Positions 23,216-34,294 of a stretch of DNA of 64,000 nt are shown here, piece after piece. A program made the position numbers and the translations under genes. The notes below the pieces were generated by a model, which saw nothing but the letters and a program-made list of their open reading frames with translations, was not told the DNA's origin and ran no database searches. The stretch spans positions 1 through 64,000 of the forward strand of contig OZ251223.1 in the NCBI GenBank assembly GCA_965240325.2, read 5' to 3'. Numbering within the stretch: the first letter of the stretch is position 1; every line of letters begins with the position of its first letter. The stretch comes from Rebecca billardiae RCC1528. Taxonomy: Eukaryota > Protista > Haptophyta.

Positions 23216-24065
23216 GCGGCGCGTCGAGCGGCAGGGCGCGGCGCTCACGCGCCACCTCGCAGAGCACTGGGACGCCCTCAGCGAGAGCGGCGGGGCCGAC
23301 TTTGGCGAGCGCGTGGGCTGCATCGCGTTCGTGCCCGCGCGCCCGCCGCCGCCGCCGCCGCACGCGCCGGGGGGCGCGCCCGCCGCCGCCCCCGCCGCGG
23401 GCGGCGCGCTCTGCCGCTTCCGCGAGTGCTGCGTCGAGGCGGACGCACCGCTCGGCGGTGCGGTGCTGCACACGCTGCCCGCGACGCTCACGCCGCCGCG
23501 CGCCGCGTGGGCCTCGCTCGGGCTCGCCTCGCCGCCGCCCGCCGCCGCGGTCGCCGAGCACGTGCGCAGGCTGGGCGCGCGCCCGTCCGCCGAGTGGCCG
23601 ATGCCGCGCGCGCGCGGCGGCGGCGCCGCCGCCGCCGCCGACGGCACGGCCGCGGCGCGCGCCGACGGCTCGGACGAGGCGGGCGCGCTGCTCGCGCGGC
23701 TGCTCGCGTACGTCGACGCGCGCGAGGCCGCGGCGGCGGGCCGCGGCGCCGGCGCCGGCGCCGCCGAGGAGGCGGAGGCGCTCGCGGCCGTGCGCTGCGC
23801 GAGCCTGCGGCTGCGCCTCGACGACGTCCGCGCCGTCGTGCGCCGGCAGGGCGTGCACGAGCTGCGCGCGGCGCTCGTCTCGCGCGAGAAGGAGCTCGCC
23901 GAGCTGCGCGACACGCTCACGTGCCAGATCTGCCAGGACCGGCGCGCAGAGACGGTGCTCGTCGGCTGCGGCCACCGCGTGTGCGGCGTGTGCGTGATGG
24001 GGCTGCGCGCGCGCTGCCCGTTCTGCCGCAAGCCCTTCACCGCGACGGCGGAGGTGCGGCTGTAG
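9664..24065 (+). CDS. SACS: Sacsin-like protein with three sacsin repeat regions and a C-terminal C3HC4 RING (plant-type architecture), ~4754 aa
   Basis: Exons 9664-9924 and 10062-24065 (intron 9925-10061, GTGCGC...CGCAG) join DEDF|ESIQ. Hsp90-like motifs FGQ...ELLQNADDAGA...GRFG(V/L)GF...GTLFR(L/F)PLR occur twice, with a third degenerate copy at ~19.2-19.9 kb. Ends in a coiled coil plus CQIC...GCGHRVCGVC...CPFC. Confidence 0.9.
11515..13277 (+). repeat. Copy 1 of ~1.75-kb intragenic direct repeat in sacsin
   Basis: Nearly base-for-base identical to 16354-18104 (offset 4839 at the start, in frame). Confidence 0.95.
16354..18104 (+). repeat. Copy 2 of ~1.75-kb intragenic direct repeat in sacsin
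   Basis: Matches 11515-13277 with a few substitutions and small in-frame indels. Confidence 0.95.
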
Positions 24066-24467
24066 TGTCGCCGTGGGCGGTGGACGGGCGCCGCCGACGA
24101 TGGCAGCCAGGGCCAGGCGGGGCGCGGTCCGAGGGCAGGTGAGCATCATCATCACGCGACATCACGACATCGTCATCATCGCGCGTCAGGCTCGATCGTC
24201 AGCATCATGCTGTCATCGCGCGTCTCTCGTCAGCTGATGCCATTCGTCATTCATTATTATGACGAGCTACAGGTGCTATGGCCTATATAATTTCTGGCGG
24301 GAATAAATCCTAGTATACTTAGCTCTCACGTCCAGTGACATGCCTGCACATGGCGGCGGACTAGCCCGCCCACGATGCCACCACGCCAACGGCAACCGCC
24401 AGCGTACGTCAGCAGCGTGGAGCTATGACCGCGTTCCGCGGTCCTTCCGTAGAACCAACGCAGTTAG

Positions 24468-26696
24468 GGGCCCGCGGTGCACCCTCCGTCGGCTGCTGAG
24501 TGCTGTCTCAGTCGGACAATCATGTGTAACAGTTCGTTCGCCTCGGAGCTGCCACCGCCACAACTCAGTTGCCGCCCACCGGGCCGGCGGGCCGAGGACT
24601 GTCGCCGGCGGGCCGCCGCGCGGGGAAGCGGCCGCCGCGGCGGGCGGCGCGCGCGCGCAGGCAGGGCGATAGGCGCCGCGCGGCGCGGGCCGGCGCGTGC
24701 GCGCGTGCGGGCGCACAGTCTGCTTGAGGTGCTCGCGCGGCGCCATGCGCTCGACGACGGGCCGCTGGTCGCTCACTCAGCCGGCGCACCTCGTGCCGGC
24801 AGACGGAGCGAGAGCGCGCGCCACGCAGTGCTGCCCCGGCCTGCGCTACCGGCAGCCGCGCACCGAGACCGAGCGGAGCTCGGGGTGGAACGAGGCGAGC
24901 GGCGCGTCGCGCCTGCCGCCGCGCGTGCGCGCCTGCTCCACCGCCGGACCGCGCCGCCGTCAGCTCGCCCGCCGCCTCCTCCGCCGCGTCGGCCTCGAAG
25001 ACGGCTGCGGCGGCCCGAGCCAGCGGCACGGGCTGAGCCCGTGCGCGCTGGCACCCGGCGCCGATCGCCTCGACGGCCGTCTACTCCACAGCTGGCTGCT
25101 CGAGCTGCTGCACGGGGCGTCGCGACGAGGGCGCCACGCGCGCCCAGCGGCAGCGCGTCCGTCGCCGCGTCGCGCAGCGCGTCGAGCTCGGCGCCGCGCT
25201 TCGCCAGCTCGGCGCCCAGCGCCTCCGCACTCGCAGTTGGCGTGCGCGAGCGCCAGCGTGCGCATGCCGGAAACGGTGCTGCTGCTGGACTGCTCCGTCG
25301 CGGCGGATGTGGCGAGCGAGACGATGGAAGGGCACGCGAGCAGCGCCGCCAGCAGCGAGCCGTGATGCCGAGCGCGCCGCCGAGCACGCCGAGCGTCTCG
25401 GCCGCCTCGGCGCACGCGGCCTAGCCCGGCGGCTCGCGCTGCGCCTCGCAGCCGCGTGCCGCGCGAGCGGGCAGGCGAGCGCATCCAGCGCGCCGGTGCC
25501 GCCGAGCGCGCCGCCGTCCGCGCCTCGTGCCCCAGCCCGAGCCGCACCGCGCGCGCGCCGGGCCGCGCGAGCTCGCTGGCCGCGGCCTCCACCTCGGCGT
25601 CACTCAGCGCACCGCAGCCTTCGCTCTTGCCGTGCGCGTCGGCGGGCGCCGCCGCGCCGCCCACCGGGCGCCGCCGCTTGCGCACGAGCGCGCCCGGGTC
25701 CTCGCAGCCGCCCGGCCCGCGCGCTGCCGCGGCGGCGGCCGCGCTCGCATCGAGCGCAGCGGCGGCGAGCGGCAGCGCGCGCCGCGTGCCAGCGAGAACG
25801 CATATGCCTGCGGGTTGAAGGCAAAGCTCCTTTCGCCCGCTCGAAAGTGAAGGTTGTCTCGTTTGCTGTGTGCTGATTGGTGGTCGTCTAGATTTCTATG
25901 GGTCGTAACCAAGCCGCTGCGCGTTTTTGTCAATAGCAAAGTTGGCATGGGCGAAGAGCAAACATCATAGTAAAACTAAATGCGCGTGAGTGAATCTCGG
26001 GTTTCGAGTCTCTCCGCTCGCTGCGCGCTGATTGGTCGTTGTGCAGCTAGCTAACCCAAGGTTTTTAGTGACACAGGTTGGTAGGAGTTGTGTTGTGTCG
26101 ATATGGAATTGTGGACATAGAATGCTGAGCGTTTGACCAATCAACGTCTCGGAAAAAAGGACGAAACATGACTCACACGTGTGAGTACTCCCGATCTCCG
26201 GGAGATATGGCCATTTCCGCCCACTGGGGTCATTATTAGGTGTAAAGTTGAGTAATTTGGCAGCGCGCAAAGGTTCGTCGTTAGTAAAGTTGAGTACTTG
26301 ACGAAGACTTTTTGCCAGGAGCCCTCAGCCCGCACCCACGCGCCAAATAGGACGAGGACCCAAGCGCTTGGGTCCTCGTCCTATTTGGCAATATGCTATG
26401 AAGATTTACAACAAATCGCAGATTCGTTCACCCAGATATACTGACAAATGCACGTCCGTCCATCGACTTATGCGGAATGGCGTGGGCGCGCTTATTTCGT
26501 TCGTCAATCGCGTCTTGCTAATGCAGAGCAATGGGCGAATGAACCCCTCGAAAAAGCGAAAACTCACCCTCCAACAGCCCTCAAAATCGTCCGGCCCGTC
26601 CCCTTTTCTTTGATCAAAATAAGATCTTTTTGACAACGTAGTGAGGGCCCCCGGCGGGGGCTCCACGCTACGCGCTCCGCCCTGCACCGCGGGCCA
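24468..26696. mobile_element. Putative non-autonomous TIR element (PIF/Harbinger-like) carrying gene-like cargo
   Basis: 13-bp perfect TIR GGCCCGCGGTGCA (24469-24481) / TGCACCGCGGGCC (26683-26695), with flanks TAG/TAA. The right-end ~240 bp recur at 60841-60970 plus 62920-63001 and end at the same base. Confidence 0.55.
26342..26389. repeat. Perfect 48-bp spacerless palindrome
   Basis: GCCAAATAGGACGAGGACCCAAGC|GCTTGGGTCCTCGTCCTATTTGGC. Confidence 0.97.
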
Positions 26697-28203
26697 TAAA
26701 GCCTACTTATATTAATAAAGCCAAATAAGGTAGGCACACGACGAAGTCTCATATCGTCAGCATCGGCCTATAGATAGATATGCCAGCCGCCAGTCTACTA
26801 CTCTACTGACTGTACTAGCTGCCTAGCAAGCTCATGACTGGCGGCAGCATATGCTACACCACAACGATTGCCGGGTGGGCGGGTGGGCAGTTTTCGTGAA
26901 TTCTCAAACGAAAGAACGAGTACCCACATAGACACACGAACTTACAGCCGTGCAAAACGCACGCAGATGCCCGTTCTTCGGCAAAGAAAGGGGAGCCGAG
27001 CGGTACAAGCCGTACAAGTGATGAAAGTACGTCGTTGCGCAGGCGGCGGCGCGGGATCGCGCGGGCCCGCGGCGAATTGGAAACACCGAAAGACGGGCAG
27101 AGGCCGCGAAGGCGGCCAAAAGTTGGGTTGTGGGCGATTGCGGGGCGAGCGGTCTTGCGACCGCTAACGTCGCATCGCACGGGGCGCGTGCGGCCGTGCA
27201 GCTGGGAAGTGGTCTGGAGCGCCATCAGAGACGTGAACTAAGAGTAGCCAGCGTCGCTCGCTGCTACCTTGCCGCCTCTGGTCAGTGCGCGCGCCCACGC
27301 TGCCAATCGGCGAGCAGCGGGCGCCGCCGATCGTGCTGCAGCCGTGTGAATGAGTGACACTGGACAGTCAACGAGGAGTGAGCGAGGGCTGCTGACGGTG
27401 TATAGCCCTACTCAGTTGCGCGCCATGCGGCCTCGAACGTCTGCGCAAGAGCTACAGCACGAGCCGTCGTAGCTTTTCAAAGCGTTCCGACTGGCGCAAG
27501 TCCATCCGTGGCCGAGCTCTCACGAGGAGCTGTAGGTGAGCGGGTTGCGAATACTGCCCTGAGCGCATCCCATGCGCACATCCTGCAACCAGCAATGCCG
27601 CATGAGCATGCAGACGTTTGAGGCATTATCCATCTGTGTCGCCGTCGCGTCGCGGGTGCGGCGGTTCCGCTGAAGGCTGTATGGCGCAGGCGGCCTCCTG
27701 GACGTGCGTGCTTGGACTGGTGGCGTACTTGTCGTGACTACGGGGGACAGCACATCGCGATTACATGTGTACATAGCCACGCCGAGCTGCACAGCGCGCC
27801 GCGCGTCAGCCCAGCAGTGCACCACGCTCTCATCTTGCGGCCCGCCGCCACACTGGGCCGCCGCTTCATCCCGCGAGAGGCCAAGACTGTACCCAAGCGA
27901 CGCTGGGTGACGGGGGGCACGGCGCAGTGGGACGCAACCAATCAATCTGAGGCTGGCATGCCGCCTACACGGGCACGTCGGCAGCTACACCAGCGCGCAC
28001 CGCGCAGGGCAGTGCCGCCCCCCCTCGCTCGTGAGGCTACCGCCGTGCGCCTGCCAGCCGCCCACCTTCGAGCTCGCCCCCCCGAAGCTCGGGGCTCGCG
28101 GTTTGCCCTGGCTTCGCGCAGTGGAGCGGGCAAAGCTTTGAGCCAGCTTGGAACTCCTAATCAAAGCGCTTGGCGGGAGCCTGAAAGAATTAACGTACTC
28201 CGA

Positions 28204-28225
28204 TTACTTGGGGTACCCCAAGTAA
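28204..28225. repeat. Perfect 22-bp palindrome
   Basis: TTACTTGGGGTACCCCAAGTAA. Confidence 0.9.
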
Positions 28226-28422
28226 GTTACTGGCTTAGAGTTCGGGTCTGAAATCCCGTTGTCGATTCTCACGAAAATTGCCTCCCTTCCCACCCGGCAA
28301 TCGTTGTGGTGTAGTCAGTCAGTCAGTCTTAGCATCACGGGACTTCTAGATCGTAAAGTGCAGTGGCCCCGCCTGCTGCACTGGCATCACGGGCGTCGGT
28401 CGGACGGCGCACGCCCTCGTCG

Positions 28423-30021
28423 TCAAGCCACGATCGTCATTGTGGGCGCGCCGACATGCTGCGGGCCGAGCGCAGCGTTGAACGGCATCGTGGGGGCCGC
28501 CAGCGGGGGCTGCGGCGGCGGCTGCATCGGGGCGTACTGGGGCTGCGGCGCGGGCGGCGCGCGCGTCTGCTCCGCCAGCAGCACAGCCGCGAGCTGGCTG
28601 GCCGTTGCTGGGTCGAGCTGGCCGCTGCTGGCGAGCATCTGCAGGTTGGCGAGCTGCTGCTGCTGCAGCTGCTGCTGCTGCAAGTGCTGCTGCTGCAGCT
28701 GCTGCTGCTGCAGCTGCTGCTGCTGCAAGTGCTGCTGCTGCAGCTGCTGCTGCTGCAAGTGCTGCTGCTGCAAGTGCTGCAGGTGCTGCTGCTGCTGCAA
28801 CAGCAGCAGCTGCTGCGGCGGCAGCGGCGGCAGCGCCGGCGGCAGCTGCTGCAGCAGCTGCTGCTGCGAGTGCTGCGGCTGCTGCGGCATCGGCATCGGC
28901 GGCGGCGCGGTGCTCGACCACGGCGCCATCGTCGACGGCACGTGCGGCAGCGCGTGGGGCGGCAGCGGCGGCGCGGCGGCGTACTGCTGCACGCCGCGCT
29001 CCACGCCGCCGTACGCGAGGCCGCCGGCGGCGTAGGCGCTCGTGTACGCGCCGGCAAGCTGCTGCCTCGCCAGCGCCACTTCGGCTGGAGACACGGAGGG
29101 CGGGGCCGGCGGCGGCAGCCTCGGCGGCAGCGGCGGCATCGCGCCGTGCATCTGCAGCGGCACCGAGACACTCGTGGGGAGCAGCGCCGGCGGCGGTGCA
29201 CCCGCCGGCGCGCCCGACAGCGGCGCGTGGTGCGGCGCGAGCGCGGGCCCTGGCGGCGCGGCCGGCGGCGCGGTGGCGGCGGTCGGCGGCGGCACCGACA
29301 TCGGCGCCGTGACGAAGGTCGAGGCCGGCGCGTGGGGCTGCGGTGGCCGAGCCACCGACGCCGCGGGGGCCCACGCCATCGACGAGGGCGGTTGCAGGTG
29401 CGGCGTCAGCCGCACAAACGCGGGTCCCGTCGAGGAGGTCGGCAGGGGCGGCGGCGGCAGGGGCGGCGGCGGCGCGCCGGTGGAAGCGGGCGCATGCGCG
29501 GGCTGGGGGGGCTGCGGCCGCGCCATCGGCGCCGAGACCATCGTGGCGCTGCGCGCGGGCAACGGCGGCGAAGGCGGCGTCGCCGGTGTCGTGGAGCCGA
29601 GCGCGAGCGCGGCGCGCGACGCCGACGCCGCCTTTGGTGGCGGCGGTGAGAGCTTGAGCGAAGTCCTCGGGCTCCGGGGCGGCGTCGGAGCGGGCTTGGC
29701 GGTGGGCGACGAGGTCCGGGCGTTCGGCCGGATCGGGGCGGGCGAGTCGGAGCGAGTGTCTAGCTCCTTCGCTGCGCGCGCCTCGAGGAGCTTGCGGAGG
29801 CCGACCGCGTCGACCGCCTTGTCGGCGCGGCGCGCCTTCTTGCGCTGCTGCGCCTTGGACGCGTGCTCCTCGTCCGGGCACGTGCCCGCCTCCGTGAGCG
29901 CGCGCTTGCCGGTGGCGGCGGAGGAGTGGAGGCTCTCAGTCGACTCGGCGCTGCGCGGTGTGGTGGTGCCCGACAGCTGCGCGAGCGCGTCGGCTGCGGC
30001 GAGCACGTCGTGGTCCGTCAT
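28423..30021 (-). CDS. Hypothetical low-complexity Pro/Gln-rich protein, 532 aa (possible nuclear regulator)
   Basis: Open ATG-to-TGA frame with GC-ending codons, a basic patch KAQQRKKARRADK, a Pro-rich middle and a (Q4L/Q3HL)n tract at ~28650-28815. No recognisable domain. Confidence 0.55.
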   Translation of the reverse strand: MTDHDVLAAADALAQLSGTTTPRSAESTESLHSSAATGKRALTEAGTCPDEEHASKAQQRKKARRADKAVDAVGLRKLLEARAAKELDTRSDSPAPIRPNARTSSPTAKPAPTPPRSPRTSLKLSPPPPKAASASRAALALGSTTPATPPSPPLPARSATMVSAPMARPQPPQPAHAPASTGAPPPPLPPPPLPTSSTGPAFVRLTPHLQPPSSMAWAPAASVARPPQPHAPASTFVTAPMSVPPPTAATAPPAAPPGPALAPHHAPLSGAPAGAPPPALLPTSVSVPLQMHGAMPPLPPRLPPPAPPSVSPAEVALARQQLAGAYTSAYAAGGLAYGGVERGVQQYAAAPPLPPHALPHVPSTMAPWSSTAPPPMPMPQQPQHSQQQLLQQLPPALPPLPPQQLLLLQQQQHLQHLQQQHLQQQQLQQQHLQQQQLQQQQLQQQHLQQQQLQQQQLANLQMLASSGQLDPATASQLAAVLLAEQTRAPPAPQPQYAPMQPPPQPPLAAPTMPFNAALGPQHVGAPTMTIVA

Positions 30022-31771
30022 CGGGAGGATGCGTTGAGTGCAGGGTGAGAAGGTAGGGGCGGTGTGGGTGCACTCAGCGCGGCCGCGAGATGTTGTGGTT
30101 TACACAGGTTCGCGCACGCTCGAGGGACCCAAGTAACGCGGTAATCTTTGGGAGGGTTCGCTCAACTAAAGTCCTTGTTTGCGAATTGTAAAGGGTCTAG
30201 GGTAGCGCTCACGCTTAAAACGATTCATACATAGGGCTCGGGGTGATCTCAGTAAATTGTGAGACTTGGTGATTCCGCTTCGGCTCTCTATGCCTGAAAA
30301 TGGCTAGAGAGTCAGTTCAACCAAAAACACCGAATCGAGTCATTAATCCGGGGTTGGGGTACCAAGGGGGTAAAAGTTGAGACCAAAAACCTAATGACCT
30401 GCGGGATGATGACCTTGCTTTGACGCGCGCTTGGGTGAACGGGCTAATGAGGTCGCGCTCCGACCCGAGCACTCTCATATTTAATCGTGGGCACGCTCAC
30501 GAACCGGCAAATCAGCGACCCGCGTCGGGTAAAAAGTATCGCCGCGATGTTTCTGAGTGATTAGGCCGAGGCCATTAGGCGCCGACGGTCTAAAAACTGA
30601 TTGGTCCCTTCGCGCTCGCTCATAATATTCGAAGCCCGAAAAGTCGGAAAAGGGGGTGCTTGATGGCTACCCCGGTACTTCCATGGGCGGAGATTCGCCG
30701 TCTATAGTATTCATCAGTTTGACGTGGCTCCCTCATTCACCAGACTGCGTCAGTGCTCACCGCCTTGTCACCACCCAGACCGGCCGTGGCAGCCTACGCG
30801 CTTGGGCGATTCGCCCCGCGCCCCCGCCGATACGGCGGAATCGCCGTTTAAGAATACCGACTGGAATAGCTGCAATGCTGCATCCAAAATTCGAGCCGCA
30901 AGAAATCCCTCCTCGGTATTAGTCATGACGCATCCCGCGCCGACGGCGGCCGGACGTTGCTCGTCGCGTGGTCCGCGCGTCGTAGGGCTCGACGACGTCC
31001 GTGGGGCCGCGTAGTGCCTGCAGCGCGCTTTTCAGAGCGACGGGTCCACTGCGCTGCAGGCGCCACGCGCCGCATCGGCTGTGACTTGCGAGTCCGGCAG
31101 GCACTCAGACTGAACGTGGCGGCGGCGGCCGAGTAGTCATCGGGCGGCGCGCGCGCAAGGGCAGGAGTGATCATGCGAGTCTTGTTTCGCGCATGCAGGC
31201 AGCTACTAGCCGACAGCCACAAAACCTGCCTGTTGCGGGCCGTCCCCTAGAACAACCGCTCTGGCGTGAACGGTCCGATCTAACACGCGGCGTGCCCTCC
31301 CGGCTCTGAATCGGCGGCGCGCGCCAGCGCACGCACATGTGAGGTGTGCAACGCTCCCTCAAGTGCGCCACGTTGAGACACCGAGACGCGCTTCGAGCCG
31401 TAAGCATGGTCGCATCCCCACTCAATGGCCTACCCCCCACCGATCCGCGAACGCTTGACGGCTGCCAGAGGCGAGGCATTTCCGGAAGCTCGTGGTGGTG
31501 AGCAGCGCCGCCAGCCTCCTAAACCGTGCACAGGGGAGCGCTGGCCATCGCCTTCCCAGAGCGCGCGTCTTGGCGGCAAACCATGGTGCCTTGCCTGCTG
31601 CCAGTTGCCACCGTGGTCCGTAGCTGCTGTCCATGCCAGATGCAGTCTGGCCCGAACCATCCTTGGACGAGCCGCGGCCGACGAGGCGCCGAGCGCCTGC
31701 CAGACGAAGTCCGGAAACAAGGGCCACGGTTCCGGAATCGTGGGCAAGTCGAACGAAAGCACTAAAGCAGG

Positions 31772-32056
31772 ATGGCGGCCCGCCCTCGCGGGCAGGCGCA
31801 ACCTCCTCGAGACGAGGAAGCTGAGGCCGCTGAGGAGGACGCGGCGGCCAAGCTGGCGTACGTCGACTCGTGCCAGGAGCTCAACGACGCGATTGGGTCG
31901 CTCGAGGCTGCGCTCGTCTCCTTCACAGGCAAGGAGGAGGGCATCAAAGGGCACGTGTTTGCGAGGACGCGCGCTCGGCTGGAGTCGGAGCTTGCGAGCG
32001 GCGAATTCCCCTGGGAAAACGCCGGGCCGCCCTCGCGCGGAGACGACGGCCGCTGA
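31772..32056 (+). CDS. Possible small hypothetical protein or gene remnant, 94 aa
   Basis: Protein-like composition (EEDAAAKLAYVDSCQELNDAIGSLEAALVSF) in otherwise non-coding-looking DNA; no family recognised. Confidence 0.25.
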   Translation: MAARPRGQAQPPRDEEAEAAEEDAAAKLAYVDSCQELNDAIGSLEAALVSFTGKEEGIKGHVFARTRARLESELASGEFPWENAGPPSRGDDGR

Positions 32057-32669
32057 AGCAGTGCGCTCACCTCGCATCGCGCCTGCTGCCAGCTGCGGCC
32101 GCGGCAGCATCGCTCACCTCCCTTCCTTCCCTCCAGGAAGAGCCGGGTACCCACGCCGCCCGCGGGCATCAAGGCTGTGAGGCGCATTCCTTTGACCCGC
32201 GGGCCATCGGGCCGGTGGCTCCAGACCAGGCGTGTTGCTCGCGAACCCGCCCGCCTCCTCACGAGTCACGGGGCGACACAGCAACCACTCGGTGCGACCA
32301 TTTGGGTGCATGCTGGATGGCGCTCACAGCGGCACAGCGCACGCGCCGCTGACTGCCCTGAGTCCTGCAGAGCAGTGGCCGCCGCCCCAGCCGCAGAGAC
32401 GCCGGGCTGCGGGCGGGCAGTCGGTCTGTCACCCGCCTCGGCAGGCAGCAGGCCTCCGAGTCGCGCACTGCGTCGGAGGCCTGCCTAGGCGCGACCGATC
32501 CGCTCGCCCGAGGGCGGTGCTGACGGCCGTCGTGCCCGTCGTGGCCGAGGTGCGGTCACCGCCATCTCGCCTCTCGGCCCACGGCCGCCGCGGCGTGCAC
32601 GTTACGTCTACTGTGGACGTCGCACCGTCGTCGGATCTCGAGACGCGGACGATATGCGCGCGGGGCGGA

Positions 32670-32749
32670 ATTATAATTATAATTATAATTATAATATATA
32701 TAATAATATTATAATAGTATACTATGTCTATTATAATTATAAATAAAAA
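32670..32749. repeat. AT-rich (ATTATA)n island
   Basis: Almost pure A/T tract in GC-rich DNA; a (TA)n run follows at ~32886-32906. Confidence 0.85.
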
Positions 32750-33511
32750 CGACTGTACGCGCTGTCATCGGCATCGTCACTCTCCGGTCTCCCGTCTCCG
32801 TCCGAGGACTCTGACACTCTCAGTCTCAGTGACTCACCGGTCGCGCCGTCAGCGCATGCACTGTTTAAAATAATACTACCGTTACTATATATATATATAT
32901 ATATATCTATTACTTAAATATTACCGTAACGGTCGTCTGATTCGGTAGCCGAGTCATATATTATTTGCCTGCTGATATGACGAGCGCATGTGGCGTGCTA
33001 AGCAGTCTTCGCGTCGCGGACTAGGCATGGCGTAAACCACTACGCCATCATTATGATCAATCATCATGCGCCGTGCGGCGGCGGCCCCGCGGCCCGCGAC
33101 AGCGCCAGCGGGCGGTGGCAACCACGTCCACTTCGCGCGGCTAGGCCTCGTCGCCCCCGCGCTCGCAGCTCACGGCCCGGCCGCTGTGTCGCGCATTGCA
33201 ACCGCGGGTTGGCGGACTTGCTCTTCTTGCCACGCTCGGCCCCGAGCCTAGGCCTAGGCCGCCTGGCACAGCCAAGACTGTGGCAGGCAGCCCGTGTCGG
33301 AGGCACGAGGGCGCCGGCTGCTCGGGCTCAGACGAAGCTCCGCTGGTCGGCTTCGGCCGCGAGCGCCCCTCGCTTGCCATGCGGAGGCCCCATCCAGGCG
33401 GAGCCGACTGGCAGGCCGGTTCGCCCGGCGCGCCTCGGCACCGTCCTCCCCGCCACCGCCTCCCTGGCCGCCAGCGGCTGTCCGGCGGCGTGGGGCAGCG
33501 GCGGTGCGGGC

Positions 33512-34060
33512 TCAGGATGGCGGCATCATGTTGTTGCTGCCTTCGGGCAGCTGGCAGCGCATACCGCTGAGCTCGGGCGCCGCTTTGACCTGGCAGCCCA
33601 GCCGCGACCTGCGCACGGCGTCGCGAGGCGTTGCGGCCGGCGCGTGAGGCGCGGCACCGGGGCTGGGCGATACCGGCCGCGGGCGCGGACCGGGCGCGGC
33701 ACGTCCGCGCGCGCTGCGCGCGCACGTCTCCTGCAGGTCGAAGGCGAGGTCGAGCATGTCGAGCTCCTCCTCGTCGGGCGGCGGCAGCTTCTCGAAGCTC
33801 TGCGTGTCGAGGATCAGGTGGCACGTCGAGCACGCGAGCGAGCCGTCGCACGCGCCCTCGAGCTCGATGTCGTTCTCGTGCGCGACCTCGAGCAGCGTGC
33901 GGCCGGGCTCGGCGTCGACGGCGTACTCGTGCCCGTCCGTGTCCACGAAGGTGATGGGCACCTTGGCGCTGAGTAACCGCGACGCCGGCGCGAGCGCGGT
34001 CCTCGCCGGCCGAGCCGGACGCACCACGCGCGCTAGCCGGCCCGCGCGCTGCAGCAGCAT
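33512..34060 (-). CDS. FDX2: Mitochondrial adrenodoxin-type [2Fe-2S] ferredoxin, 143 aa
   Basis: Exons 34060-33726 and 33608-33512 (117-nt intron GTGCG...CGCAG). EGACDGSLACSTCH...DMLDLAF...SRLGCQ motif; Arg-rich, acid-free N-terminal transit peptide. Confidence 0.93.
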   Translation of the reverse strand: MLLQRAGRLARVVRPARPARTALAPASRLLSAKVPITFVDTDGHEYAVDAEPGRTLLEVAHENDIELEGACDGSLACSTCHLILDTQSFEKLPPPDEEELDMLDLAFDLQETCARSARGRAAPGPRPRPVSPSPGAAPHAPAATPRDAVRRSRLGCQVKAAPELSGMRCQLPEGSNNMMPPS

Positions 34061-34294
34061 CCTGTCCTCCTCCGCTGATGCACACGCCACCGTACTGGTA
34101 AGCAGTGCCACGCGCGGGTGCGGCGCAGCTGCGCGCACAAATCCCCGTGCGGATCCCAAATGACGGTTGGCCGGGGAACTTGCCGATCCGCCCGATCGTG
34201 CAGAGCGATCCCACCGATCCCAAACCCCACCGACTTGTGTGCGCGTGCACGCGCCCACGGCACGGCCGCCATCGCTGCGCGCGCACGAGCATGC

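Noticed and set aside
9885-24155. 4756-aa minus-strand ORF and other giant Arg/Ala-rich overlapping ORFs
   Set aside because: Expected in DNA this GC-rich, where stop codons are rare; no motifs, and they mirror the sacsin frame.
28259-29201. Cys-rich metallothionein-like ORFs
   Set aside because: Alternative frames of the CAG/CTG repeat of the polyQ ORF.
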